A DNA stretch of 64,000 nt from the human T2T-CHM13v2.0 reference genome, Homo sapiens (GCF_009914755.1 NC_060927.1), one strand, 5' to 3'; numbered from the stretch's first letter, positions 1-13,586 are shown. The notes: generated by a model from the sequence alone, not told the origin. Numbers and translations: made by a program.

Positions 1-325
1 CAACAGCCATCTCTCTTTGAGGTCTCACCATTCTCTAGCATGTGGCTGAGTTCCCATTGTTGTTTTAGTGACAGAAGTATCCCCTCCCCCACATCCTTAA
101 AGAAATCATTATTGAATCTGAAGGAAGCCTCTGCCCCACTACAACCTCTCACATTCACTTTGCCTCTTCTTCAAAGGGTTTAGGCTTTTGTTTCACAAAA
201 GCCAGCAAGACTTACAGGCTCTGCCTGGTTTGTGGTCAGCCTTATACTTCCCTGGAGAAAATGAAGCATGTGAAGCATGGAGGCTACTTGAATGGCCAAA
301 AGGAAAAGGAGAAAATAGAGGAGAA

Positions 326-435
326 ACACACACACACACATATATAATGAGCCTTAATGAATATATGTATGTGTGTATATATACACATACATCTATACAT
401 ACACACACACACACACACACACATATGTATATATT
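326..435. repeat. Compound (CA)n/(TA)n/(TG)n microsatellite
   Basis: Dinucleotide runs seen directly; source of the THTH/CVCV ORFs. Confidence 0.95.
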
Positions 436-925
436 TGATGAAGACTTACATCGTCAAGCTCTGGGACCAAGTACAAGGTAGAGAATTCGTAGAGTATGTG
501 TGTGGTGGCAGGGGATGGGGTTACTATGTAAAAGTGAAAGCCCCAAGGCACAGGGACACTGAAACAGGAAGAGACTAAAACCAACATGAATCAATAAAGA
601 CAAAATCACCAGGTTGAGCGGAGTAACGATTTGAGTTTCCTGATATAGGCTCTTCACACTAACACTAGGTCAGCTCTAAACATCACTGATTGCTAAATCA
701 ATAACTGTTACAAGATTTTTGTTTTACTTTGTTTTAAGTTAAAAGAGTGTCATACTTTGTGTGGTGGTGTTCCTTAGAAGATGTGCCTGTACTTGAATGG
801 AGCACAAGATTTTATTTTCAACGGCGAATAATCCTTGCGGTTTTTAAAACAATTGCTGCAATTACAAATAGCATTAATTATGACAATGTTTTCTTTTTAA
901 TCATTTACACCTTCAGTTAGACTTG

Positions 926-1175
926 GGCTCTTAAGATTAGCTGGTTGGAGCAACATATTAACAGGACCAAGATCACAGGCGTGGATATCTTGGGGCCAGC
1001 TACGCTGACTCTATTTCATGATTATGGATTGTACTTCTAACCTCAGCCTGCCAGTTTTTAAATGCATTCTTCTGGTCTCAAGGGGTATTTTGTAAGAACA
1101 CATGAACAAATCGATGAAAATCGATTTCCTATTGGAAAAAACTCAGATTTTATGACCTACATCTCATGAGTAACC
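926..1175 (+). mobile_element. MamSINE1-like ancient tRNA-derived SINE
   Basis: tRNA-like head (ttagctggttggagc...gaccaagatcacagg) then ggccagctacgct...ctatttcatg...ctaacctcagcc...ctggtctcaagggg...ttggaaaaaactca, colinear with my recollection of the MamSINE1 consensus. Confidence 0.6.
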
Positions 1176-1844
1176 AGCCCCTTTGCATATGAGAAACAAT
1201 TAATTAATTCATTTTCAAATGGAGCTGTCTACAAGGATGTCAGGGCAAAACAAATTTACATTAAAAACATTGTTTACTCTTGACAGATCAGTAGACTGAA
1301 GTCTATATCTGCAGGAAGAAAATGTATTGCTCTTGAATAATATCCAATTAAGCTTTTCAGCATTTTCCAAGAGCATTCAAGAAGGAAAACATATCCCTTA
1401 TCAAGGATTCTTTGCCTTATAACTAACCAGGTAACTTCTAGAATCATTCTCACTATTGCTGATACAATCTATTCAAAATAATATCGTGAAGAACGCCGAT
1501 TTTATCTGTAATCTATACGGATACTGTTGTGAGTTAAAGTAAGTTTGCTAGAAATAGTCGTGGGAACCCACAGTTTTAGAGGCTCACATTCTATAATCGT
1601 TCTTGTCATGGGCTAGTCCCTTATTCAGACATTGAATAGCCTTTTTCTTTCCAGAAAACCATGGTACTTATATTTTTGTCTTCTTTTATTTTCAAGGACC
1701 ATGTAGCTTTTTTTTCATATTTATGCTCATATGCAAAGCCTATACTAGTCTTTCTTATTATTTTCTAATTTTTATTTTTTTAGATTATAGTAGCATTTTA
1801 GGCTGAATCAGGATTGTGTGAGAAAAGTAGCAGGGTTTAGATCG

Positions 1845-2060
1845 TGAACTTTAATGTGGCGCTCCAAACAGGCCTTGCCTTTACTGCAGTGGGTTAACAT
1901 GAGCATGTTTTACTCCTCTGAGCCTCAGTTTTTACATTTGTGAAATATAGGTACTGATCCCCTATATCTTAGGTTTCTTGTGAGAATGAGATTAGATAAG
2001 CATGTTATATAAACTAGCACAGTGTTAGCATGTAGCACATAGTAAAAGTTAGTATGATTA
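1845..2060 (+). mobile_element. MIR SINE fragment
   Basis: MIR core ctctgagcctcagtttttacatttgtgaaat and 3' part gtgagaatgagattagataa. Confidence 0.8.
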
Positions 2061-3164
2061 TGATATCTTACGATGATCATCAAATAATGAGGAGTTTAAG
2101 TTCAGTTGCCTTTCAGCTACCCTACTATTGCTGAGTTTAATGAGTGACCTCTAATGGAGTACAGAGCCCAAAACACAATTGGTAAAACATTATCTATGGC
2201 ATACTACAAATATTTTGCTCATTCATTCACTCATTCATTTATTGATCACCCTAAGTGGAAGGACTGGAAACAAGAATATAAGCTCTAGCTTAAGGAAATA
2301 GATAGGAGAGGCACATTATTGCAATATAGCCTAATTATAATATTTTATATCAAATAATTTAGATACAGGTAAAAGTTCTTTGTAAATGTTGTCATAATAA
2401 TAATTAGGACTACATGAAAGCCATTAGATATGGTGCCCTTCCAGATAGCAATTTCAGTAGAATGACTCTTCTAATGCTATTTTTATTTATTATAATACCT
2501 AAAGAGATACATATTCCAGTGAGGCTTATACAAACAACATGAAAATTTCAGATGAGGCCACCTTTTTATAAAAGTGCTTAAATTTGATCAGACTGGAATA
2601 TAGGATGCGTGTTCTAGTTTATCCATAAAGATACCCTAATCTGAAGTTAAGGATTCCTTGAGTCTTGCTGAATACTGAGAGCAAATCTAAAATGCCTTAA
2701 TTAGTAAAATTTTTAAAAAGTAAGAACAAATTGAAATTTTCTGGATGGTTTCCTGTGATTGGACCAAACTGTTGAAGGAAGCAGAAAGTAGAAAAGCAGA
2801 CTTGTTTTGTGTAAATGTGGGTGTTTTGTTTTGTTTTCCAACTTCAGACTACAATTGCTGAATAAGCTAGTTTCCAGCCTACTATTCAATCAAGTGAGAA
2901 TAACATAGAAAGGGAAGAAGGCACACATTGCTTAAAAACTACTTCTAGCAAGAAAATCTGAATCAGTGCATTCCAAAGTCAAGTTGATAAACTATATAAT
3001 GGAAATTAGTGACAAATTTAGATTAAAGATCTAATTTGCAGAATCTGATTTTGCTTCACTGTATGAGAAGGGATTTCATGGATTTTATAATAAAGGAAGA
3101 TTACAAAGAGACAATAATCTCTTGGATTACTTTATACTTTCTCTGGATTGATACTTTATCACGG

Positions 3165-3320
3165 GTATTGGAATCAGACACATAAGAAACTAAATTGACT
3201 ATAATTTTAGACAAACCTTGTAAGTCTTAGTTACTTCTTTTGTAAAAATGGGAACATTAATATGTATAAAATATTTGATAGTGATTGGCATAACACCAGG
3301 AACATAATCAATATTCATTA
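3165..3320 (+). mobile_element. MIR SINE fragment (degraded)
   Basis: ttggaatcagaca...gtcttagttacttcttttgtaaaaatggga. Confidence 0.55.
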
Positions 3321-3705
3321 CATATGAGTTTAATTTTGCCTAAATTTTTAATACAGATACTGATACTTTTCTTAAGAAAATAGCAAAACCAGAACTTAGA
3401 TTGAATACAAAAGTAGATTTTACTAAAACAAGAGAAAAGTAAACATATCCTTCTTTGCCTCTATATTTTTCTAAGCCCTGACCTAGAATAGCTAGTCCTT
3501 AGTCCCCTAGTGATAGTTATATCAATTACTCCCTAGTCAGGAAGATGTCTAAGCCAAAGGTAAGGCAGAAATTCTGGAGAAATTAGCCATCAGCAGACAC
3601 GATGTCTAACTGCCTCCACCTGATTGAGAATTCTCATATCCATGACACGATGAAATATTATCAGCTGAACTTAGGAAGGGCGCTCTGAAATTCTTACAAA
3701 GCAAC

Positions 3706-3707
<2 letters not shown>

Positions 3708-3735
<28 letters not shown>
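3708..3735. repeat. (TG)14 microsatellite
   Basis: Perfect TG run. Confidence 0.97.
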
Positions 3736-3737
<2 letters not shown>

Positions 3738-3789
3738 GGCCTTTATCTGGATTTATTGTTGATGAATGGCTTGATTTTAAATCAACAGG

Positions 3790-3975
3790 CTATGGTTCAA
3801 ACCATTTCACTTCCTTTCAGTTTGTCCATTTGTAAGTTAAACTTTTAAATTCAGTCCCTTTTCTGTAAAACTGCAGTAAGAACACGTACCTCTAAGGCTG
3901 TTTTATGAATTAAATAAGATAATGTATGTAAGATGGTTATCATATTGGCACATATTAAGTATTCAGTCAATTATA
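3790..3975 (+). mobile_element. MIR SINE fragment
   Basis: ctgtaaaact...acctctaaggctgttttatgaattaaataagataatgtatgtaa. Confidence 0.65.
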
Positions 3976-4220
3976 GTACTTGTTCTTATTATTTATTAAT
4001 AGAAGTAATGCATTCGTTACTTATTAATATCTTCCAAAGCTTGAACTTTGTAGTTCTTTAAACGTATTTATGTGAAATCTTAACTGTGCTTACTTAATGC
4101 TTCATTAAGTGTTGCAACATGAAATGACCTCACTATTATTAAGTATCATTACAGTTCTCTGTAGCTTGCTACACATCTACAAAAGGTATCAAACACCGGA
4201 ATTTTAAAATGCATAGAATG

Positions 4221-4516
<296 letters not shown>

Positions 4517-4523
4517 GAAATAC

Positions 4524-4526
<3 letters not shown>

Positions 4527-4577
<51 letters not shown>
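4527..4577. repeat. (TG)n(TA)n microsatellite inside the Alu 3' tail
   Basis: Lies between the Alu A-tail and its 3' TSD. Confidence 0.95.
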
Positions 4578-4624
4578 TGCATAGAATGGTAACGTCTTCT
4601 AGTCCATTTATTGCCTTTATTGAG

Positions 4625-5119
4625 TGTATCAGTTTCCCATTGCTGTTGTAACAAATTACCACATATTTAGTGTTATAAAACAACATAAATTTATTATTTT
4701 ATAGTCCTAAAATCAGTGTGTCTACAGGATTGCATTACATTTGGTGGCTCTAGTAGAGAATCTATTTTCTTGCCTTTTCTATCTTCTAGGGGCTACCTGC
4801 ATTCCTTGGCTAGTTCCTCTGCTGGTTTTGAATAAACTAGCAGTCCAGCATGTTCAGATTTCAATTTCTGTCTCTGATTTTGCTTCAGTCACCACATCTT
4901 TTATCCTGATTCTCACTCTCCTACCTCTCTCCTTTTCTTACAAGGACTCCTGTGATTATATTGAGTCCACTTGGATAATCCAGGATAATCTCTATATCTC
5001 AAGATCCTTAACTTAATCATATCTGCAAAATCTGACAAATGTATTTGTAACGTAACATATTCAAGATTCTGGAGATTAAGACTCAGACATCTTTGGGAGG
5101 CCATTTTGTATCTGCTACA
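4625..5119 (-). mobile_element. MaLR solo LTR, MLT1C/MLT1D-like
   Basis: tgtatcagtttcccattgctgttgtaacaaattaccac...ggataatccaggataatctc...aagatccttaacttaatca; ends TGT...ACA. Confidence 0.85.
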
Positions 5120-5284
5120 GAGAATATGAAGGAAAAAGCTGTTTATCCCCTTGAGGACATAAAGGACATATTAAGGAAAAGATTCAAGTTTACTGTTGTT
5201 CATATTTTACTTTACAAGCATATTTCAAAGAGGACAGAGCAGAAAAAAATTTTCTTGGGTTTTTACCATATGACAGAATCCATG

Positions 5285-5480
5285 TGAGATAATTTACACA
5301 ATTTCATTAAATTGTCTAAGCCACACTCACTTTATTAGGAAGGTTCCATTAGCCACATTTCACAGAAGAGGAAACAGGACTCCTAGAAAAATTTGTCCAA
5401 AATCATCCAGCTAATGGTAGAGTTAAGAATTTGAAATAAGCCTGGCCAATTCCAAAATCCACACTCTTAACTAGGTCATG
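5285..5480 (-). mobile_element. MIR SINE fragment
   Basis: catttcacagaagaggaaacagg...tccaaaatcatccagctaatggtagag...tccaaaatccacactctt. Confidence 0.7.
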
Positions 5481-7015
5481 CTCTGTCTATAACTCATTGT
5501 ATCTTAGCTAGAACAGTTTAAAAGAATTCCTAAAATATGGATAAAATATTTAAGGATTTCTATATTATATTAAATGGCTAATTGTACATTTTACTCATGT
5601 TTTTATCTTCTGTTGAACTAAAAATGAAAAACATGCAAACAAAAAATGTTCTAGTAGATATATAGCTATTAAATATGCACAGTTTTGCTATAGAGAAGAC
5701 TCATTTTTCTTTCTTAATAAATAATAGACATTTTTCTAAAAGTTTTATAAATCTTAACATATATGCAATCAATATTTAAAATATTAACATGGATACTGAA
5801 GAGCTTTGTACTTAATTTAATCAAAGGAGAATGCTGGGATGCTATTTTTTAAAAAAATATTTTAGTCATAGGACTTTAGATTGCAAACTGCCCAGAGCAG
5901 GGTTGAGAGAGACATTGAGAAAAAAGGAGCAAACCTAGTATCTTGAGAAACTGAAAATTCTAATGTTGATCTTCAGGCTGAAAGGGCAGACTAGATACAG
6001 ATACTCTGAGGCCACTTATTTGAGATAGAAATAAAAAAGGCTTGGATTATCTCTTATGGTTATCAAGTGTTCTAGCCTACTACTAGACTAGATTACTGCA
6101 TATGAAGTACCAAATAAGTGGCCCTTTGGATTGAATGATTCATTGACTCCTAAAGCAGGTGTGTTAGAAAGAAAGCACAAATGTAAACGTTATATTGCCA
6201 TTGACTGTGCTCATAAAATAATGAAAACTATGATAATATAATTTGTTTTCTTCAGATTTGGGCCATATCTTGTATCACATCATATAAGAAAAATAGAAGA
6301 CACAGTCTGGCACAAAGTTTACTCAAATGTCACAGGTGCAGATTGTTCTTGGTTGAAGGGACAGATGCTACCATAACACCTACCAACCTGCTAGTTCGGC
6401 TATTTTCATCTTCAGCCACCTTCAAGCATGTGAGAATGCATATGAGTCATCAGACTTGCTGTTAACTTCCTCTGAAGCTCAAAGTTTAAGAGTCAGTAGC
6501 TCATAACACTCTATTTAAGGTTCACAACCCCTGGTTCAACCTCTAGGTTTTAAACATTGGAGCCACCTGCTGAAGGAGAAAAGATTGGTGAATAATAGAA
6601 GACTTAAGTGCTCCAGGTCTTTCAACCTGTCAATCAGAACTTTTCAGTTCTTAGCTTGTTTAGGTAGAGAGAGATAGAAACAGAGAGAGAGAGAGAAAGG
6701 GAGAGAGAATGTTTGAAAATCACTGTTCTAGAACCTTGTAGCTGGCTGATAAATGTATACATATGTTTAAAATGAGAAGCTTATAGTTTCAAATTTTGAA
6801 TCATAAATTCAAGGAACACAATATAAACAACGAATTGGAATTCAGCATATGTGTTTCAATTTCAAGATCTTTTGTTGACTTACTTATCCAACTTACTTTT
6901 TAAGATGCCTTTATGTTTTGGGGATTTAAATGAGTTAAACCTCAAAAATCCTCCAAAGCAATTTGGAATTTACAGGAAGTTCATAGCAATAGATTTCACT
7001 CGAATTTGGTCCTTA

Positions 7016-7184
7016 ATATATATATGTAATATATATTACATATTATATATACAATATATATGTAGTATATATAATATATATACTATGCATGTATAATATA
7101 TGGTATATATATGTAGTATATATAATATATAGCATTATTATACATTTAATATATATTATATATTTCTACTATATATTATATATA
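7016..7184. repeat. TA-rich degenerate (TATA)n tract
   Basis: ~170 bp almost entirely A/T with a repeated atatatgtagtatatataatatata unit. Confidence 0.9.
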
Positions 7185-8679
7185 GTGGAAAATAATTCAA
7201 TTGATTTTAGTAATCTATTGTTTCATTTGTAGTAATTTATTTTTTCTGTGTTCAAGTTCAGTTCATACAAGGAATGCATTTACACGTAAAAAAATGGTTT
7301 TCTTTCCTTTCTCTAAAGGCTTCATTTATACTGTTTTAATTGTGATCAAATCTCATTTATTTTACCCTAGGAAAATATTATTTCTCAGCAACTCAAATTT
7401 AATTAAATTTATTAATTTAACTTTTTATTTCAGTTAAGAGATTATCAAGATATTTTTCCAACAAGATTATTTTACCCTCATTGAAGGAAACAGTTAACAT
7501 GTGTATGAGTTCTTTGACTTCTCCCAAGTCGTACAGCTAATGAGTGTTAAAACTTGAAATGAGCTGAACCCTCCTAGCAACGAGTATGTATTCTCATCAG
7601 GATGTTCCTTCTTCTACGTATAAAACCTTTGAAAATACGGTTATCAGAAATTGACATCATGAAGAATTAAGTGGTGTTGATCATTGCTAATTGTAGTAGT
7701 TGGGGCTATTTGAATCACTGGCTGACTGAAACAGACCCTTAGGGCATGCTTATTCTAACTTGCCACTCATTTTCTAAGCAGAAGGTTTTTCTTTGTGCCA
7801 CTCTGAATACATTATACCAACAGCTACAGCAGAGCCCAATTCAGGGCCTTAGCAACCCAGGGTGGTGCTACATAATTCCTAAGCTTTACCTAATGTCTTT
7901 TGGTGGTGGTGGTGTTTCTTAGTTATTTGCTACTTTAATCAGTTTCTAAATAATGTTTTAAGGAAACAGCCTCATTGATCCAGGCTAATACAACTGCACA
8001 TATTAACGAATAATATAGAAATCTATATTTTTTTATGACTTGGAATTTTAAAATTTGTATAAAGAACTAAATATTTATGTTTTTATGTGTTTGATCAATT
8101 TTTATTAATAAATGTTTCTTGAACTTTAAATAGAAAGAATAAGGCTAATATAAGTTATTTGCCAAGCACTGTGGAAGAAAAAGACACAAATATAGTTTAG
8201 ACAGTATACCGGTAGCTGCATGTATACTACAAAAATGTGAAGAGAATTATATATAATGTTAACTTTGCTAAGAAATATAGCTCAAATTTTTAAAAAGCTG
8301 TTTCTCATCATGCATCTGAACATATTTGTTCACATTCTGTTTTTCCTAGGAAATAAAAACATTAAATATTATGTTTCATAAAACTATTATACTTTCATAA
8401 AATTATTTAAAATTTCATCCCAAATGAGTTTTGGGTACATTTTTTCAAGCTGGTTATTTATATTAATTTTACACACTTCAAGAACTGCAGATTTATCTTC
8501 TCAGAATGGAGGAGATGGAAGATTTTTGGTAAGGATTATTGATAAAAAGAAGCTTAAGCTCTTTATTAGAAACAGTTAACTACTTTGGCTTCTATTCTAA
8601 TGCCATGTGTCGTCTCTGGAAAGCAATTTCCCCAACTGATAGAATAATATTTTAATGGAGTAGTGTTTGTTAGGTGAAC

Positions 8680-8865
8680 TGACATAGCAGGTAGACTGCT
8701 TGGGGTTAAATTCCACGAGCAATTCCATTAAACTCTTTATTCTTCAGTTTCTTCACCTGAAAATGGGAAGAGAAATTGAGTCCACTTCATAAGCCTGTTC
8801 TGAGATTTGAATAAGTTAATGCATGAAAAGCTTTTGTAATAATGACTGGCACATACATACTATAT
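8680..8865 (+). mobile_element. MIR SINE fragment
   Basis: ttcagtttcttcacctgaaaatggg...tgagatttgaataagttaatgcatgaaaagc...tggcacata. Confidence 0.75.
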
Positions 8866-9449
8866 AATTATTATCATCATCGTCATTATTGTAACTTCAT
8901 ATCACATTTCATCAACATTTTTTCAGCAATCTTACCTACAAAGCCAAAAGGTAAGATACCTAATCTAATAGTTTCGAACTTTATTTGACTATATTTCATA
9001 TTTTTAAGTCTATGAGTCTTAAAAGTGAAGAGGAAATAGGAAGCTAAGAGGTGGAAAAAAGTCAGTTTACTACCATGGTTGCTAGGGTCTGTGGGAAAGG
9101 CAGCAGAGATAGGAGCCTGAGTAGAGGGTCTGTTTTGTGGTAATTGTTTTCTTCGTAAACTTCTGGAACTTCAAAAGGACTTTCCAAAAGTTTCAGAATC
9201 AGCATTTCTAAAGGAATTGAGATCTGCATCTTGAATGGTCATACATACCCCACCCTAAAATGAATTGGCCAGAATGAATTGCCTGCCACAGAGAGCTATT
9301 ACACTGTATTCCTTTTCTTCTTCCCTCTTTAGAAGGGCACTTCATAAAGAATGGTGTACATCTCTCTCTTCCTATAGTTTACTGATCCTGTGATTTAAAA
9401 ATTGCTGGTGTGGGTTAAACATCTTCCAAGACAAAGAAATTTTGAGAAA

Positions 9450-10690
9450 ATATTCTTAGAGTTACCTGAATGATGTATGACATAATCTCCCTCTCACATC
9501 TCATTAAATTTTCAGTATAAATCTGATAAATAAATTGAAACAAAAAATCCTTAGATCATTAAGTAAAGAAAATATTTAAAATATTGGTGATTGTATTTAG
9601 AAAAAGAATGGCTGAGTAAAAACTCCTTTTACAAGTCAGTTAATTTTCATTTCTTTCTTTTCAACAAAATTGAAGGTGATGATAATTGAGTTGTCAGCTG
9701 AGAGATCATTAACAGTAATTTTTATCATAGATATCTACATGATTTTTGGCATATAACTTGGAAAAAGTTCAAATAATTGAATGGCATTTTTTAGAATAAA
9801 ACTTCTTCCATTCTCATTTACTTTATGTGAATTTTCTCAAAACTGACATCTATAAAAATAAAACTAAGCATAAAATCTATGTTTAATATTACCTTATAGC
9901 AATACAAAAAATTCAGCCATGACTACAAAAACTGATTGGAGAAACAGAGATCATCCATCTCATTAAGGACTGAATTCCCAATACATTTAAAAACATTTGT
10001 TTAGTAATCATCAAATGTATTTATTTATTTGGATCAAGTGCATATCAATAATAATTTTACAAAAACCTGAAAGAGATATATTAACAATTTTGCCATCACA
10101 GGAATTTTTTTAAATTTAAATTTCTATTTATATACATATTTTCATTGCACAAAATTTTAAGACCTGATAAAGGTCTCTCAAACGTGAAAAATGTATTTCA
10201 TTAAAATACAGTATTATGGAGAAGGTGAAATAAAAGTCCAAAGACAGAAAGAAACAATGCAAAATCTTTTAACTGTGCAGGGCTTTTTGATGCATTCTAT
10301 TTTGTAATGTATGATAGTAGGTCTTAAATTGATGTGGCCTTCAGAGTCAATTAGGTATGCCTGTAGTCCAGCACTTTCAGAGGCCAAAGTATGAGAATCC
10401 CTTGAGCCCAGGATGTCAAGGCTGCAGTGAGCCATAGTCACCCCACTGCAATTCAGCCTAGGCAACAGAGTATAACCCTGTCTCAAAAAAAAAAATAAAA
10501 ATAAAAATAAAAATTCAATTAGATACAAATAAAAGAGTCAAAACAATTTTTATAACATGCCAATATTTACTGTATGTTGGGAATTATATATTTTTAAATG
10601 TTAAACTTATGAGAAGCCATTTAAGTGACATAGTTCTTAAAATATTCTTTTAGAAGGTATATGGGTAAAAATATATATAAACCACTAACT
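9450..10690 (+). mobile_element. hAT-Charlie/Buster DNA transposon fossil (transposase C-terminus), interrupted by an Alu monomer
   Basis: Frameshifted translation of 9682-9865 gives IIELSAERSL / LHDFWHITWKKF / KLLPFSFTLCE / FSKLTSIKIK, like the Charlie dimerisation domain (LLPF-TTYLCE-FS-L--IKTK); outer boundaries approximate. Confidence 0.7.
10358..10513 (+). mobile_element. Alu monomer (FRAM/AluJ right-arm-like)
   Basis: tgcctgtagtccagc...gaatcccttgagcccagg...ctgtctcaaaa; flanked by tcaattag(g/a)ta TSD-like repeats. Confidence 0.9.
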
Positions 10691-11405
10691 TGAACCCTTT
10701 CAAAGATCATCTGGTTCTAAGATGGCATGATTATTTTGAAAATGAAATATTTACTTGGTATATTTACTAACATTTTACTTAAATTTTAATCTAGAATTCC
10801 TTAGAAATATTTACAGTATTACCTTTAAAAACCAATTTTGAGTTTTTTGGTTTTGCCTATGGATATTTTCTTTGGCATCTTGATATTCTTTCTAAAAGTT
10901 AATAAAAGAAATAATAACACAGAAACATTGAAACACAAAATGGATCAAACCTATTTTTTTCTTTTGGTGGGGGAAGAAGATGAGAAGATAAAATGCAGGA
11001 ATATTAATTAAAACACCACTTAGTGTACTAGAAATTCACATTTGTAGATGTTAGTAATGTTATCCATTTTTAAGTACTTAATTAAAAAGTGACATTTTAG
11101 AAAGCTGTACCTGGATAATGAAAATAAGCCACTGAGGATCTTTTGGGGATGTTGGTATTTTGATTCAAGTTTTGGACTAATAACAGTTTGAGGAAAAAAA
11201 ATAGTTCATTTAAAGAATTCAGAGAGTAGGAACCTTCTGACAAATGAGCTCAATCCATGGGAGAAATAAGAGAAGAATATACCACTGCAGCTGCTGTTTT
11301 TATTTCACCAATTCAGAATAATTAGAATGTCATCTACCTGGACCCAGTATAGAGTAGTAACAATTACTATTGCCCAGATGTTTTCTTTACCTGCCTCCCT
11401 CACAG

Positions 11406-11590
11406 AACCATTGTGCCACTTTCTGCTAACCTGGGAGCTGGAAGAATACAATCCAATTGCTGGGTGTGGAACCAGGACAGAAAGGAAGAGCCTGCTCCCA
11501 GAGCAAAGGCCAGGGAGCCTGTCTGCAGAGTAGGGGAAGATAAGATTGGATATCTTTTCCCAAAAAGTGGATCTGTTGACAAACATATAT
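11406..11590 (+). other. Candidate 185-nt internal exon (UTR, lncRNA or cryptic)
   Basis: Acceptor ttttctttacctgcctccctcacag|, donor TAT|GTAAGT; body more GC- and purine-rich than flanks; translation not recognised. Confidence 0.4.
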
Positions 11591-12847
11591 GTAAGTGTAT
11601 TCTAAGAAGATTAATTATTTAAAAGTAGACCAGAGATAAAAATTATAAATATATATATTCATAGCTTAAAGAATAATAATGAATCAGCACCCAGATTAAG
11701 AAATAGAACATTACAGTACCTTTAAAAAGTTGATTATTTTAAAAATAAAATCTATGTCATTGTTCTGATTTCTCTCACTCCAATTAGAAAGCAAAGATTT
11801 TCAAAAAGCATACATGCCATTCAAAACTTCTTTAGCTGTCATTCATTCTTATTTTTAGTGCTGTCATTTTCATTAGAATCTTGGTATACTAAAAATTCTA
11901 AGATCTTACTATAATCTAATTCTATTTTTAAAAAAATTCAGTGACTAAAAAATGAAATACATTTAGATTTTCAGGTCTAAAGATTTTTTTTAAAATACTT
12001 TTTTATTAACTTTAAATAGTATTTTTTTTTCTGTTTTCATGTTATCTAAGGACAAAGATAACTGTATCAAAAAAGACTACCACTCTTAACAATTTAAAAT
12101 AACTCTTAAGGACTATTAAAAGAACTATCTCTATTCTGGAAAAGATAATTTTACTAATTATGATTTAAGTATACTATGAAATCTCAAAAACGTCTAAGTC
12201 TCCAACTCTAGTTTCTCTAAATAATACTTTTTTATTTCATCATTTTCCCTAACCACAAAAGTCAAGTATAACTCGCAGCTTGCCATAGAGAATCAAGTTC
12301 ACCTAAGTGGTTTGCTGAGTCCCATGGTCTAATCCCAATCTTACTTCCCACTAAATTCTGAGAATAATCTGCTTCCAACAAACCTACCGGTGTATACATC
12401 CATGTATTTATCATTCTCTACTATTTATTCAAATTCTCTCCACTTTACAATGTTCTTTATCTAGGCAAGAGCACAGTGAATCTCGTTTCTTTTACCTCAC
12501 GAGATTTTCATTACCTGTAGCTATCTTATATCGCACCTTGTAATGTTCCATGTTTACGTGGCATCATGCTCCATGAAGGCAGGAAATGCATCCATCCAAG
12601 TTAGAAACTTTTAGAAACTGTGTTTGCGAGTGGGTGGGGAAAGTGCAGGGAAGTATTTTCAGTCCTGATGTTAACATAAACCTTAACCCACCCATTGTTA
12701 ACCATACCTTTAGGCAATTCAGTACCACCTTCAAAGTTATAGGACTATTAACTGCTTTATTGCCTGTAATGATCTTGGTAGAGTGTAACTGGAAAGCCAA
12801 TTGAGTCTTTCTTACCACTTTCTCTTTTATCCAGATGTGGCAAATGA

Positions 12848-13291
<444 letters not shown>

Positions 13292-13586
13292 TAGTGTGAA
13301 TCCTCCCCTTCTAACTCAGTCATGACATAGGCTCAGAAACTTAAGGGAGGGATGGGGACACAATTAGTCTCTCCTCCTGCTCTTCCTGGCTACTATACAC
13401 TTCTTCCCATTCACTGCTCAGGCTACTTCTGGCTGTTTCCAAAGTGTAAGAGGAAGATGGGGAGTAAAGTTAGAAAGACCTCCCTGGAAAGTTAGCATTT
13501 GCACATTTTTCAAGAGTGGCCTCATTTTAGGATTGGAGGAGACAAGGGGGACATTGTTCTCCCACTCTCAACTGCCGCTCCAGAAA

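Noticed and set aside
188-657. Overlapping ORFs with THTHTH/CVCVCV runs (also near 4.4, 13.5, 27.8, 29.9 and 62.8 kb)
   Set aside because: Translations of CA/TG microsatellites, which lack stops
6256-6429. Possible exon after the ttttcttcag acceptor
   Set aside because: Only weak donors (CAG|GTGCAG, CAT|GTGAGA) and no recognisable peptide
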